Shown here piece after piece: positions 63,356-64,000 of a DNA stretch of 64,000 nucleotides. Under the pieces are notes generated by a model. It ran no database searches and had not been told where the DNA came from. It worked only from the letters and a program-made list of their open reading frames with translations. The stretch comes from a virus. Its lineage: Duplodnaviria; Heunggongvirae; Uroviricota; Caudoviricetes. The stretch covers positions 64,001 to 128,000 of the IMG/VR virus record IMGVR_UViG_3300034104_004745, one strand, 5' to 3'. A program made the position numbers and the translations under genes. Numbering within the stretch: the stretch's first letter is position 1; the number at the start of each line of letters is the position of its first letter.

Positions 63356-64000
63356 TTAGTATTTTGTTCCGCAGTGTGGGCAGAACTTATGATTATCTTT
63401 TTTGCGTTTTGAACCACATTCTGTGCAGTAAACAACTAAATCCTCAGCTACCAATGGTTTAGTGGACTGTGGCTTTAATTTCCACCAATTTGTTTGAAAT
63501 GGAAAGTTATAAAATGACGAATTATCATATGTGAATGATTGATCCGAATTTGATCCCTTTTCAACCCTACCAGTCTCAAGTTGTCTTGTTGATTTTTTAG
63601 GTTTGTCTGAGTTATTAAAAAACGAATTGGTACTAATCGTTCCACTTGTTAAAGATGTGTTGTTGTAAAGCATATTTGTTGAACTAGTGGATGTTGTGGT
63701 AAAGATGTTACCATAATATGGTGATCCTGTTGTTGTGGTCCAACCAATATTTGGGTTATTAATTGTTAAAGTTGAGCCACTACCTACTGTAAAAGTAGCC
63801 GGTGTTTCGTTATAAAACTTAACAGTTACGTCCCCGTTTTCTGCAATAGCTTGCTTTACTTCTTCATTTTTCCCATCTACAGTGTAGGTTTCGAACAAAA
63901 ACTTTTTGGCTTCATTCAAGTATCTTTCCAAGAATACTCGTTCACCAGGACGAAGTATAATACCATTACCAATGGAATTACCATTCATCTCAATTTTTGC
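63356..64000 (-). CDS. Zinc-ribbon protein, 5'-truncated by the window edge
   Basis: C-terminal CTECG...FCPHCG; frame open past 64000 (AKIE precedes the track's M). Confidence 0.75.
   Translation of the reverse strand, partial: AKIEMNGNSIGNGIILRPGERVFLERYLNEAKKFLFETYTVDGKNEEVKQAIAENGDVTVKFYNETPATFTVGSGSTLTINNPNIGWTTTTGSPYYGNIFTTTSTSSTNMLYNNTSLTSGTISTNSFFNNSDKPKKSTRQLETGRVEKGSNSDQSFTYDNSSFYNFPFQTNWWKLKPQSTKPLVAEDLVVYCTECGSKRKKDNHKFCPHCGTKY

Noticed and set aside
1-64000. Stop-codon reassignment (common in jumbo phages)
   Set aside because: Genes tile densely under the standard code; TGA ends genes in ATGA overlaps (8099, 13541, 26639, 52486) and TAG ends genes at 51408 and 54072.
1-64000. 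tRNA, rRNA or riboswitch genes
   Set aside because: Intergenic gaps are short and AT-rich; no cloverleaf or T-loop consensus recognised by eye. tRNAscan/Infernal were not run.

Overview
AT-rich 64-kb segment of what is most likely a very large (jumbo) tailed phage. A Bacteroidota host is inferred from the Bacteroidota-type sigma-70, NusG and Hc1-like genes, a Q-rule signal peptide, D-(S/T)-hydrophobic sequons, TTTG-N19/20-TAnnTTT promoters and the apparent lack of Shine-Dalgarno motifs. Almost every gene is on the minus strand, in the standard genetic code. Four blocks: (1) 1-449, the start of a truncated Ser/Thr-rich fibre gene missing from the ORF track; (2) 491-27382, a ~27-kb modification cluster with 8 N-terminal-twitch radical SAM enzymes, 4 2OG-Fe(II) oxygenases, 2 sulfotransferases, CysC plus a nucleotidyltransferase, 2 methyltransferases, a carbamoyltransferase, an SGNH protein, 2 GT7 enzymes with an inserted LamG domain and other DxD proteins; (3) 27420-49627, tail fibres and other structural or adhesin genes; (4) 49716-64000, thioredoxin, glutaredoxin, AAA ATPase, NusG, Hc1, sigma-70, putative head-internal proteins and a putative envelope/lysis region. 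The most striking object is the 511-aa ORF at 4715-6250, which appears to be a circularly permuted ATP-grasp domain fused to a Hint domain competent only for C-terminal cleavage, followed by a 32-aa six-Cys peptide: a candidate self-processing RiPP-like system. Also notable: an A10 run that fuses two ORFs by a -1 shift (59067-59076), a recurrent TATTTAT(A) upstream motif that twice overlaps start-occluding hairpins, a Zn-ligand-less amidase and an atypical overlapped spanin-like pair. No tRNA, rRNA, CRISPR array or transposase was recognised. All family calls come from motif recognition by eye; no database search was run.
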